Source: Myxococcales bacterium
GTDB lineage: Bacteria; Myxococcota_A; Polyangia; JAHFDS01
Reading direction: 5' to 3'
Assembly: GCA_023248855.1 (NCBI GenBank)
Contig: JAHFDS010000004.1
Location: 27,876 to 91,875, forward strand
DNA: 64,000 nt
Every line of letters begins with the position of its first letter. Position 1 is the first letter of the stretch. Below are positions 8,433 through 16,384 of the stretch, piece by piece. The notes under the pieces were generated by a model. It did not search any database. It was not told the DNA's origin and was given only the letters and a program-made list of their open reading frames with translations. The position numbers and the translations under genes are program-made.

Positions 8433-8448
8433 CGGCATCATTGCTGCA
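8433..8448 (+). promoter_or_regulatory. Weak sigma-54-type -24/-12 candidate (cGGCAT-N5-cTGCA)
   Basis: GG at 8434-35 and GC at 8446-47 have the GG-N10-GC spacing of TGGCAC-N5-TTGCA. The flanking bases fit only partly. Confidence 0.2.
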
Positions 8449-8460
8449 CAGTTCACTGGT

Positions 8461-9264
8461 ATGCGGGGTCGCGGGTTTTCGGGTGGCTGTATCCGAGGGA
8501 GCCAGAGCGCGCCAAGGAGAGGGAGCCCAAGGTCGCCGAGCGAGTGGAAGAAGCCACTCGCCATCATCCGCTGCCTGGCGAACGCCGCGGTCACCCTTGC
8601 CGTCCACATCTCGAAGGGGTCTGGGCTGCCGAGCGCCGCGCTCATCGGTCTGCTCGCGGGCGCATGGTCAGCGGCGATGCAGTACTACAACCACGAATAC
8701 CTTTCGTGGCTGACGGGCAAGCATTGGCTACGTGTCCACGACACGGAACAGGCGTCGGTCCGACGCCTGTTCCTCAAGAAGTCTGCAAGCACAGCCGTCT
8801 ACGCCCTGATGATGACTACTGCCTTCTCGGTGACCCATCTGAACCATGATCCGCTGATCTCGCTCGGCTCGGCGTGGCGAATGGGGATCATGGTCGCGGA
8901 GAGCCTCTTCACGCAGACTTGCTGGCAGGCGCTCAATCAGCAATGGACCGCGGACGCGATCGTGAGGGATCCGGAGCAGGCCTGGTACCACAAGCGCCTC
9001 TCGGGAATTGGTTCCCTGGTCCAGTCGATCATCAATGTGACGTCGAATATCCTCAATCTCGGTGGCAGCGGCATTGGCACGTGCATCTCGGGCGTCGTGG
9101 GCACCACGGGGGTGGCAACGTACTATTGGCGCGTATTCGCGATCACGTACCGAAAGCTCGAGCACAGGGCCAGGGCCGGCGCGGCCGCTCCGACGCGTTC
9201 CGCCGGTGGACGTTGCCCACAGGAAGTAGACCGGACGCAATTCTCTCCGACCTTGCCTTCTTGA
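8461..9264 (+). CDS. Hypothetical membrane protein (start uncertain)
   Basis: Hydrophobic segments: AAVTLAVHISKGSGLPSAALIGLLAGAWSAAM, AVYALMMTTAFSV, LGSAWRMGIMVAESLF, GIGTCISGVVGTTGVATYYW. GC is lower than the surroundings. The first ~18 nt lie inside repeat family 2, so the true start may be downstream. Confidence 0.45.
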   Translation: MRGRGFSGGCIRGSQSAPRRGSPRSPSEWKKPLAIIRCLANAAVTLAVHISKGSGLPSAALIGLLAGAWSAAMQYYNHEYLSWLTGKHWLRVHDTEQASVRRLFLKKSASTAVYALMMTTAFSVTHLNHDPLISLGSAWRMGIMVAESLFTQTCWQALNQQWTADAIVRDPEQAWYHKRLSGIGSLVQSIINVTSNILNLGGSGIGTCISGVVGTTGVATYYWRVFAITYRKLEHRARAGAAAPTRSAGGRCPQEVDRTQFSPTLPS

Positions 9265-9271
9265 TCAATGG

Positions 9272-10738
9272 TCAGTGGGAGGTCCCAGCCAGCGCCACCG
9301 CACAGTGCTCCGCCACCATGAGGACGGTCAGATGGATGTTCGCGGACGGAATGGTCGGAAGGATGGAGGCGTCGATCACCGAGAGGGCGTCGAGTCCGTG
9401 CACTTCGCCGGATGCGTTCACTACCGCATCGGCGCCTCGCCCCATCCGACAGGTGCCACACGCATGGTGATAGGTCGTGACGTGGCGCCGGAGGACCGCC
9501 GCGAGCTGTGCGCGGGTTTGGACCGGGTCCCCGGGAAATACTTCCCGGAGAACCAGCTCCGATAGTGGCGCGGCAGCCGCGAGCCTCCGCGCCTCGAGGA
9601 CCGCCTCCAGCATGACCTCCAGATCCTCGGCGCACGCGAGGTGGTCGAAGTGGATGCGGGGCGCAACGGTCGGGTCCTTCGAGACCAGTGTGACGCTGCC
9701 GGTGGACCTTGGCTTTCGCGCCGCCGTGTTGAGCGACAGCAGGCCCCCGGTCGACACCTTCAGGATCCCTACGGGGACGACCGAGGTCGGAAAGATCTGC
9801 GCGCTGGACAGGACGAGCATGGTCTGGAACAGGGGGACGCGGTGCGAAGGCGTCGGGCGCCGTGCCGCGTAGTGCAGCGTGAACAGGGGATGGTCTGCGA
9901 GACCTGCGCCGACGCCGGGCAGCTCCTGCCGGAGCGTGATGCCGAGCTGCCGGAGGGGCTCTGCGGGCCCGACGCCGGAGCGCCACAGGATGGCTGGGCT
10001 GCCAAAGGCGCCAGCGGACAGCACGACCCGCGCCGCGTGAATCATCTCGCCGCCGGCCGCGAGGCGCACGCCGACCGCGCGACGGCCCTCGAGCACGACG
10101 TGATCCACCTCCGCCTGTGGACGGATGGTCAGGTTGACCCGTGCGCGCGCGGCGGCGAGATAGGTCAGCGCGGCGCTCTTGCGAATGCCGCCCTCGGTGT
10201 TCATGGGAATCGTGCCCGCGCCCAGCGCGTCCGGCGCATTGAGATCCTGGGCGCACGCGTGGGTCGTCCGCGCGGCCGCCAGGAACGCGGCCTGCGCGGG
10301 CGCGAGCTCCTCGAGGCGATAGCGGCGAATCGGCAGGGGCCCATCGGCGCCGTGCCACTCGTCCGCGAAGTCGTGGTCGGACTCGAGCTTCCTGAAGCAG
10401 GGCAGGATGTCGCGGAACGACCAGCCGACGAGGCCCCATCCATCGTAGTCGGACGGCTGCCCGCGCAACGCCATGGTCGCGTTGGTCGCGGAGCTGCCGC
10501 CTACGATCCGCGGCCGCGGCACGCGGATCGCGCGACCGCTGTCGCCAGAGTAACCCCAGTCGTGCGACAGGGCGAGCGAGTGGCCGTCGAGAATCTCCGG
10601 GGGCGTCTGGTGCTCGGAGACATGATCTGGGCCCGCCTCGAGCAGGAGCACCGTCCGGCGCGGATCCTCGCTCAGGCGCGCGGCCAGGACGCAACCCGCC
10701 GAGCCTCCACCCACGATGAGGACGTCCGCGGCGTTCAT
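9272..10738 (-). CDS. GMC-family FAD oxidoreductase (choline-dehydrogenase-like), cytoplasmic
   Basis: N-terminus DVLIVGGGSAGCVLAARLSEDP...LLLEAG (ADP-binding fold). C-terminus HHACGTCRMG...VHGLDALSVIDASILP...HLTVLMVAE. Confidence 0.9.
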   Translation of the reverse strand: MNAADVLIVGGGSAGCVLAARLSEDPRRTVLLLEAGPDHVSEHQTPPEILDGHSLALSHDWGYSGDSGRAIRVPRPRIVGGSSATNATMALRGQPSDYDGWGLVGWSFRDILPCFRKLESDHDFADEWHGADGPLPIRRYRLEELAPAQAAFLAAARTTHACAQDLNAPDALGAGTIPMNTEGGIRKSAALTYLAAARARVNLTIRPQAEVDHVVLEGRRAVGVRLAAGGEMIHAARVVLSAGAFGSPAILWRSGVGPAEPLRQLGITLRQELPGVGAGLADHPLFTLHYAARRPTPSHRVPLFQTMLVLSSAQIFPTSVVPVGILKVSTGGLLSLNTAARKPRSTGSVTLVSKDPTVAPRIHFDHLACAEDLEVMLEAVLEARRLAAAAPLSELVLREVFPGDPVQTRAQLAAVLRRHVTTYHHACGTCRMGRGADAVVNASGEVHGLDALSVIDASILPTIPSANIHLTVLMVAEHCAVALAGTSH

Positions 10739-12042
10739 CCCGGGTAGACGACCGGACGCATCAGCTCGAGCGCGAGATGCATCCCCTGGTGCATCTCCAA
10801 GTGATCGACGTCGGAGGTCGGCGCATTGCGCTGGAGCTTGAATGCGCGCAGCGAGGCGGCTCTGCCGTAGCCCTCCTCGCTCGAGGTGAAGACCGCCATG
10901 ACGAGGGCGCGTCCGGAAGGGGTCGAGCGAACCGTGCGATTGGCCAGCTCGACGGGGTCCTCCCCATCGTCCCAGTAGCGGACGCCCACGATGGGGTAGG
11001 GGGTCTCCTCGAGCAAGAGCGGTGAGGCGTCGTGCGCCTCGGCCAGCACGAGGTCCCGATCATAGAACACGCGGGAGCCCGCCAGGTTTCCTTCGGCCAT
11101 CCGGCGCGCCGCGGGATCGAGGCGCCCGATCCCGGTGCCCTCCCAGAGCGGGCTGCCCCGGCAGAGCCCATCGGCCTCCGACACCAGCCTCTGCTCGAGC
11201 GCTCCCTGCAGCGCGCGCGGCGCGAAGACCTTCTTGGTGCTGTTGCACAGGTTGCCGCGATCGAGGGTCGCCCCCACGATGATGCATCGTGCGGCGAGGG
11301 AGAGGTCCGCGTCAGGCAGGACCAGCGCACCCGAGCGTCCGGTCCAGTACGGAATGGGCTTGTGCATGGGCGAGAGGGGAAACGACCCGTAGACTGCCAG
11401 GACCGTCGCGTCCTCACCGTAGACGACGCTTTGCGCCGAGCCCTGGAGCGCCTTCCGGATGAGGTCACGCTCTGCCTCGACGGAGCTGTCGAGGAAAAGC
11501 AGGTTCGGCGCGCGCACGCCCTTGTCGAGCACCGCACGGCAGAAAAGGAACGCCGATAGCGGCTCGACGTTGCTGGGTTTGACGAGGAGCGGACATCCGG
11601 ACACAAGCGCCTGGCCGAGCGCCCACGCCGTGAGCGCGCTCGAGTCCCCAGCGAGGAGCATCGTGGTCGGTGGTCCACCCTGGAAGAGCAGACCGGTACC
11701 GCGAATCCCGGCGCTCCCGAAGGGCCGTCCGAATCGAGCCACGTACTCGTCGAGCGAGGCCAACCAGGCGTTCACTCGGCCGATCGCCTGGCGCAAGAAA
11801 GACACCGGGCTACCCGTCTTGCTCGCAAGCTCCGACAGCTGCTCGGGGCCGATCCACCGGCCCTCCCTGCCGATGGCGGTGAGGGCTGCGAGGGTGTCAC
11901 CGAAGTCGCAAGGCTTCGCGCTGCGACACGCCTTGAGCGCGAGGCTCAGATCGTCGGGCGAGGTCCGCGGCACCTTCCAGCCGTTGATCTCCCGGTACTC
12001 GGTGGCGCCTCTCAGCGTATTGCGAATGATGTTCTGCAGCAT
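10735..12042 (-). CDS. Aldehyde-dehydrogenase-superfamily protein, LuxC-like acyl-CoA/acyl-protein reductase candidate
   Basis: Motifs LLVKPSNVEP and a catalytic-Cys-type block DRGNLCNSTKK. About 435 aa. It lies directly downstream of an ANL adenylating enzyme, and its start overlaps the GMC gene junction by 4 nt. Confidence 0.6.
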   Translation of the reverse strand: MLQNIIRNTLRGATEYREINGWKVPRTSPDDLSLALKACRSAKPCDFGDTLAALTAIGREGRWIGPEQLSELASKTGSPVSFLRQAIGRVNAWLASLDEYVARFGRPFGSAGIRGTGLLFQGGPPTTMLLAGDSSALTAWALGQALVSGCPLLVKPSNVEPLSAFLFCRAVLDKGVRAPNLLFLDSSVEAERDLIRKALQGSAQSVVYGEDATVLAVYGSFPLSPMHKPIPYWTGRSGALVLPDADLSLAARCIIVGATLDRGNLCNSTKKVFAPRALQGALEQRLVSEADGLCRGSPLWEGTGIGRLDPAARRMAEGNLAGSRVFYDRDLVLAEAHDASPLLLEETPYPIVGVRYWDDGEDPVELANRTVRSTPSGRALVMAVFTSSEEGYGRAASLRAFKLQRNAPTSDVDHLEMHQGMHLALELMRPVVYPG

Positions 12043-12045
12043 CCG

Positions 12046-13194
12046 TCAATATCCTCCAGCCGCGCAGCCCGCCAAGAGCCTCTCCTTTTCCAGCACGCGC
12101 TCGATGTCGCGGATCCGTGGCGATGAGCGCCCGCAGGCGCACGCCTCGGCGATGAAGGTGGCCTGATCGCCCACGATGTAGCGCAGGAAGCGGCTGCCGT
12201 GCTTGAGGCCGGTGAACACCACGAGGCCCGCCTCCCCGCTCTCAACGTGCTCACCGGTGTGCTCGTCGATGATCTCGGTGTAGATGGCCCCTTGCAGCAG
12301 GTGGAGGCCGTCGCCATCATGTCTGCAACTCGCGGCTGCGATGCCCACCTCCGCAGACCCGTAGGTATGCAGGAAGCGCGCATGCGGCTTCCCAGCTAGC
12401 TCGTTGGCCTCCCAGGTTCGGTCCTTGATGCGGTGATCCGGCGAGAACGGAGCACCACCCGTCACCAGCGTCTCGATGCGATCGCCGATCAGGTTGTCGA
12501 CGTCCTCGTTCAGGAGCACGTCGAGCGTGGTGCCCTTGTGGCCGGCGACCTGGGCGGGCCGCCAGGGGGGCAGCGCGATCGCATTGAACCCGCCCATCGC
12601 CGCGAGGCCCAAGGAGAGCTGCCGGAGGAGGGCCTCGGTGCTCGTGTTGGTGTGATGGTTGTTCTCCACGAAGCAGCCCTGCCGCGCGAAGATGTCCTCG
12701 AAGAGCTTGCCCGCGACGTGTCCGGCGTGAAAGCAGTTGAGCAGCCTCGCGAAGCGGGGCAGCTCATCTGGCTCGGTCAACCGGCTCCCGAAGCACGTGG
12801 CGGCCATCCAGTCCGAACGTGTGTAATAGGCTCCCTTGGGCACACCCGTGGAGCTGCTGGTGAGAAACTTGCGCGCGATCCGATCCTCTTCGGGCAATCG
12901 CGTCAGCCCGTCGCGCAACGAGAGGGCCTCCGGCAGGAGGAACACATCCGGGACCGCATTGACCTCCGCGGGGCCGAGGAAGGGGATCCTTGCGAAATGG
13001 TCAAACGACTCCACGACACCGGCGTCGATGCCTGCCCGGTCGAGGCGATCCCGGTGAAAGGCACAGGTCGCGTGGGTGTCGGCGACGAAGGCGCGCAGGA
13101 GCGCGAAGTAGCGCTCGCCGAGCGGCTCTCGATCGATGCCCGAGTCGCCTATCTCGAAGGCGGCCTCACCGAACCTGAGCAGATGGCTCGTCAT
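12046..13194 (-). CDS. PaaK / LuxE-like adenylate-forming enzyme (ANL superfamily)
   Basis: Start taken at MTSHLLRF (13194), in frame with track ORF 12046..13284. P-loop-like TSSSTGVPKGAYYTRSDW. Size and layout resemble the phenylacetate-CoA ligase / acyl-protein synthetase type. Confidence 0.65.
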   Translation of the reverse strand: MTSHLLRFGEAAFEIGDSGIDREPLGERYFALLRAFVADTHATCAFHRDRLDRAGIDAGVVESFDHFARIPFLGPAEVNAVPDVFLLPEALSLRDGLTRLPEEDRIARKFLTSSSTGVPKGAYYTRSDWMAATCFGSRLTEPDELPRFARLLNCFHAGHVAGKLFEDIFARQGCFVENNHHTNTSTEALLRQLSLGLAAMGGFNAIALPPWRPAQVAGHKGTTLDVLLNEDVDNLIGDRIETLVTGGAPFSPDHRIKDRTWEANELAGKPHARFLHTYGSAEVGIAAASCRHDGDGLHLLQGAIYTEIIDEHTGEHVESGEAGLVVFTGLKHGSRFLRYIVGDQATFIAEACACGRSSPRIRDIERVLEKERLLAGCAAGGY

Positions 13195-14416
13195 GGTCCG
13201 CTGCCCGTCGGCGGTTTGCAATGCAGCTGAAGGCGTTCCGGAGCCGCTCCAGGCCCGCTTCGAGAACCTCATCCGGGGCCGCATAGGTCAGTCGGATGTG
13301 GCCTTCTCCGAGGCTACCGAATGCAGTCCCCGCGACCACAGCCACCGAGTGCTCACCGACGAGGTAATCCGCCAGCGCCTGGGCGGTCATCCCGGTCCCG
13401 CGGATGTCGGGGAAGACGTAGAAGGAGCCGTCCGGGATCGGGCACTCGACCCCGGGCATCGCATTGAGCGCGGCACAGACCTTGTCGCGCTTACGCTCAA
13501 GCAGCGCCGTCGTCTGGTGATTGTGGTCCTGCGGGCCCGTGATCGCGGCGAGGGCCGCTAACTGCACGAATGCGGGGACGTTGGTCACGGAGTTCTGCTG
13601 GAAGATGTCGAGCGCGGTGGTGATCTCCGCGCTGGCGACGCTCCAGCCGATGCGGAAGCCCGTCATGATCAAAGTCTTGCTGAACGTGTCGACCAGGATC
13701 GTTCGCTCGGCCATGCCAGGCTCGGCCGCGATGGTCCGATGCTGCGAGGGAGGGTAGACCCGCTTGCTGAAGATCTCGTCGCTCAGGACGAGGGTGCCAT
13801 GTCGTTGGCAGAGCCGCGCGATCCGATCGAGGTGGCCGACGACCATGCCATTCGGGCGCTGTGGGGTGTTGATGATGAGCAGCTTCGGCTTGCGGCCGTG
13901 CGCCGCCGCGCCCGCGCCGCTGAGCAGGCGCTCCAGAGCGTCGAGGTCCCATTCGAAGCGGGCGCCTCTGAGCGGCGCGTGGAGCACGCGTCCCCCCGCG
14001 TACGTGATCCAGAACTCATCCGGGGGATAGCCCGGGTTCGGGAAGACGACCGAGTCGCCCTCGTCCACGACCGAGAGCAGCGCCTGGGTCAACGCGTGCT
14101 TGGCTCCCATGGTGACGAGGACCTCCTCGCGCCGAGTGGGGCGACCCTTGCGCGTGATCTCGCCGGCGATCGCGTCTCGTAGCTCGGGGAGCCCGGGGCC
14201 TGGCACGTAACGAACAAAGCCGTCGCGAAGCCCTCGCTCGCACGCCTCCATGACATGTGGCGCCGGCATGAACTCCTCGCCCTGGAAGTCGCCCTTCTCG
14301 AAGTGAATGATCTGCTTGCCGCACTCCTTCTCGAGCGTCTCCGCGGTCCGCATGGAGGCCCATTGCTTTGGCAGCACGAAATGGCGGGTGCGATCGGACA
14401 GGTGGGTTGTGGTCAT
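13166..14416 (-). CDS. Class I/II PLP-dependent aminotransferase
   Basis: Start at ATG 14416 (MTTTHLSD) with gggggagag upstream. Motifs PNPGYP and the PLP-lysine block DTFSKTLIMTGFRIGW. The tail RLTYAAPDEVLEAGLERL is typical. Confidence 0.88.
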   Translation of the reverse strand: MTTTHLSDRTRHFVLPKQWASMRTAETLEKECGKQIIHFEKGDFQGEEFMPAPHVMEACERGLRDGFVRYVPGPGLPELRDAIAGEITRKGRPTRREEVLVTMGAKHALTQALLSVVDEGDSVVFPNPGYPPDEFWITYAGGRVLHAPLRGARFEWDLDALERLLSGAGAAAHGRKPKLLIINTPQRPNGMVVGHLDRIARLCQRHGTLVLSDEIFSKRVYPPSQHRTIAAEPGMAERTILVDTFSKTLIMTGFRIGWSVASAEITTALDIFQQNSVTNVPAFVQLAALAAITGPQDHNHQTTALLERKRDKVCAALNAMPGVECPIPDGSFYVFPDIRGTGMTAQALADYLVGEHSVAVVAGTAFGSLGEGHIRLTYAAPDEVLEAGLERLRNAFSCIANRRRAADHDEPSAQVR

Positions 14417-14472
14417 CGTGCTCTCCCCCAATCGGCAATGACTCAGGATGGGCCCCGCATGCCTCGATCCAC

Positions 14473-14488
14473 AATCAACCAAGGATGG
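14473..14488 (-). promoter_or_regulatory. CCATCC-TT-GGTTGATT box, copy 4, 56 nt upstream of the ATG at 14416
   Basis: Plus strand reads aatcaaccaaggatgg. It is oriented with the minus-strand operon. Confidence 0.35.
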
Positions 14489-14760
14489 TCGGTCGCTGAC
14501 TTCATGGGGCGGCGCCGCATGGCCCCCTGCGACCCTCCGGTACCTGTTCCGCGCCGAGCCGGAACGGCTGGCCACGGTGACCGCAGCTGTGCGGGGCGCA
14601 CGCGCGGGCGCTACCCACGGAAACGGCTAGCGTCCCTTCGACCATGTGGAATCGGCGACCGCAAGATGGCCATGATCGGCAGGTGTCGCCGATTCGTGAA
14701 GTGGTCTCGGCAGATCAGGCCGACCGATCGGCGAAGTCGAGCCCGAATCGTGGCGCCTTG

Positions 14761-14776
14761 GGTCCTCTGGTTGATT
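14761..14776 (+). promoter_or_regulatory. GGTCC-TCT-GGTTGATT box, copy 5, 160 nt upstream of GTG 14937
   Basis: Sequence ggtcctctggttgatt. Confidence 0.35.
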
Positions 14777-14780
14777 CCTA

Positions 14781-14797
14781 AGGCCGCATCATTGCTG
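14781..14797 (+). promoter_or_regulatory. Weak sigma-54-type -24/-12 candidate (aGGCCG-N5-TTGCT)
   Basis: GG at 14782-83 and GC at 14794-95 (GG-N10-GC), with a TTGCT -12 element. The register differs by one base from the copy at 8433. Confidence 0.2.
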
Positions 14798-14826
14798 CAC
14801 GGTCCACTCGTCTGCGGGGACGCGGT

Positions 14827-14900
14827 CTCGACGGAGCAGGCTGCGGTCCAACGCCTCTTCCTCGCTCCGGCATCGTTCCTGCAGGCTCCTGTCAGACGGT
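14827..14900 (+). pseudogene. Decayed remnant of a paralogue of the 8461..9264 gene
   Basis: ctcgacggagcaggctgcggtccaacgcctcttcctc (14827-14863) matches cacgacacggaacaggcgtcggtccgacgcctgttcctc (8737-8775; TEQASVRRLFL versus TEQAAVQRLFL). About 260 nt present in copy A between the repeat and this block are missing here. Confidence 0.35.
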
Positions 14901-14936
14901 GACGCGCAGGGCTCTGCCCCTCAGACCAGTCTGCTA

Positions 14937-16124
14937 GTGCCGAACGACGAGCAGCCCGCGGCCTCTGTCGGTGTGCCCCAGCGCGCCATCGAGCGTGTCT
15001 GGAACGCCGCGGTGCGCCTGCACCAGACCGGCCTTCATCCCGCCCTCGCGCTCTGCATTCGATGCAAGGGCGAGGTGGTCCTGGACCGCGCCATCGGGCG
15101 GCTGCGCGGCAGCTCGCGCGACGGCCCTCCGGATGCCACGGTTCCGGCCCGCCCCGACACCCTCTTCCTGCTGTGGTCGGCCTCGAAGCCGGTCACGGCG
15201 ATGGTCATGCACCTGCTCGAGGAGCGGGGCCACCTGCGGCTCGACGATCCGGTCGCACGCTACGTGCCCGAGTTCGCGCGCCACGGCAAAGAACGCATCA
15301 CGCTGCGCCACCTCATGACGCACCGAGCGGGCATCCCGAACGGCGTCCCGCTCGATCCGGACACACTGGCGGATGGCCGGCGCATGGTCGCGCACGTCTG
15401 CGATCTCCGGCCACGATGGCCAGCTGGGACGCGCCTCGCCTATCACGCGCTGACGGCCGGCTACCTGCTCGCGGAGATCGCCTTGCGCGTGACGGGCCGT
15501 GACCTGCGTGGGCTGCTGACGAGCGAGATCCTGGAACCGCTCGGCCTCCGGAGCCTGAGCTACGGCGTGCCCGCGCATCGACTGGCCGACGTGGCCGAGA
15601 ACGTGCTGACGGGGCTGCGCATGCGGCCCCCAATCTCCACTGTGTTCGAGCGCGGGATGGGTACGAGCCTCGACCGAATGGTCGAGCTCTGCAACCAGCC
15701 CCAGCTGCTGGGGGCCATCGTGCCATCGGTCAACGTGATCGGGACGGCGAATGACGGGTCGCGCTTCTTCGAGCTCTTGCTGCGCGGTGGAACCCTCGAC
15801 GGCAAACGCATCTTCCGACAGGACACGGTGGTGCGCGCGCGCATCGAGCAGGTGCGCTGGGAGGCGGACGCCCTCTACGGGCTGCCAATTCGCTACGCGA
15901 CGGGGTTCATGCTCGGCCGCGAGCGTCTCGGCCCGTTCGGTCCGGGAACGCCACGGGCGTTCGGTCATGTCGGGTTCACGAGCAACCTCCTGTTCGCAGA
16001 TCCTGAGCGCGACATCAGCGTCTGCCTCCTCACCAATGGCAAGCCCCTGCTCTCGCCCGGTCAGCTGCGCTGGCTCGGTCTGGCGCGGCTCATAGCACAG
16101 GCCTTTCCCCGGCGTCCGTTGTAG
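14937..16124 (+). CDS. Serine hydrolase, beta-lactamase / esterase (class C-like) family
   Basis: S-x-x-K motif in LFLLWSASKPVTAMVMHLL. About 395 aa, GTG start. The overlapping minus ORF 14934..16439 is noise. Confidence 0.85.
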   Translation: MPNDEQPAASVGVPQRAIERVWNAAVRLHQTGLHPALALCIRCKGEVVLDRAIGRLRGSSRDGPPDATVPARPDTLFLLWSASKPVTAMVMHLLEERGHLRLDDPVARYVPEFARHGKERITLRHLMTHRAGIPNGVPLDPDTLADGRRMVAHVCDLRPRWPAGTRLAYHALTAGYLLAEIALRVTGRDLRGLLTSEILEPLGLRSLSYGVPAHRLADVAENVLTGLRMRPPISTVFERGMGTSLDRMVELCNQPQLLGAIVPSVNVIGTANDGSRFFELLLRGGTLDGKRIFRQDTVVRARIEQVRWEADALYGLPIRYATGFMLGRERLGPFGPGTPRAFGHVGFTSNLLFADPERDISVCLLTNGKPLLSPGQLRWLGLARLIAQAFPRRPL

Positions 16125-16159
16125 GCGTGAGCTCGCGCGGCCTGAGCCGCCCCGCTTGA

Positions 16160-16273
16160 TCAACCACGCCAGGGCCACACAAGGGCTTGCGCGATGCGCG
16201 ACGGAAGACCCCAGCACAAATGTACAACTTGCGCGGCCAGGCCCGGCTTCAGGTACTCGACGGTAGATGACAT
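16160..16273 (-). CDS. Candidate 37-aa small ORF with a canonical Shine-Dalgarno sequence
   Basis: Minus strand reads aggagg-tcgttg-ATG. Product MSSTVEYLKPGLAAQVVHLCWGLPSRIAQALVWPWRG-stop. It is below the track's 60-aa cut-off and lies just downstream of the permease pair. There is no homology evidence. Confidence 0.25.
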   Translation of the reverse strand: MSSTVEYLKPGLAAQVVHLCWGLPSRIAQALVWPWRG

Positions 16274-16384
16274 CAACGACCTCCTGTCGTGAGCACATGC
16301 AAGCAACAAGCCTCTCTGCGCGATGCGTCTGCTCGTCGACGGTGCCGATATGGAGCGCCGCAGACTCTTGGTGCGCTCGACGGG

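Larger units (their letters stand above)
8334..8478. repeat. Intergenic repeat family 2, copy A (contains hairpin 8335-8357 gaatcggc-N7-gccgattc)
   Basis: Aligns with 14674..14828 over ~145 nt (atcggcag..cgccgattcgtg...ggcagatca.gccgaccga...cttgg.tcc...ggttgattc.t.aag...gcatcattgctgcac.gt.cact.gt.tgcgggg.cgcgg). Confidence 0.7.
14674..14828. repeat. Intergenic repeat family 2, copy B (hairpin 14674-14695)
   Basis: See copy A at 8334..8478. Confidence 0.7.
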
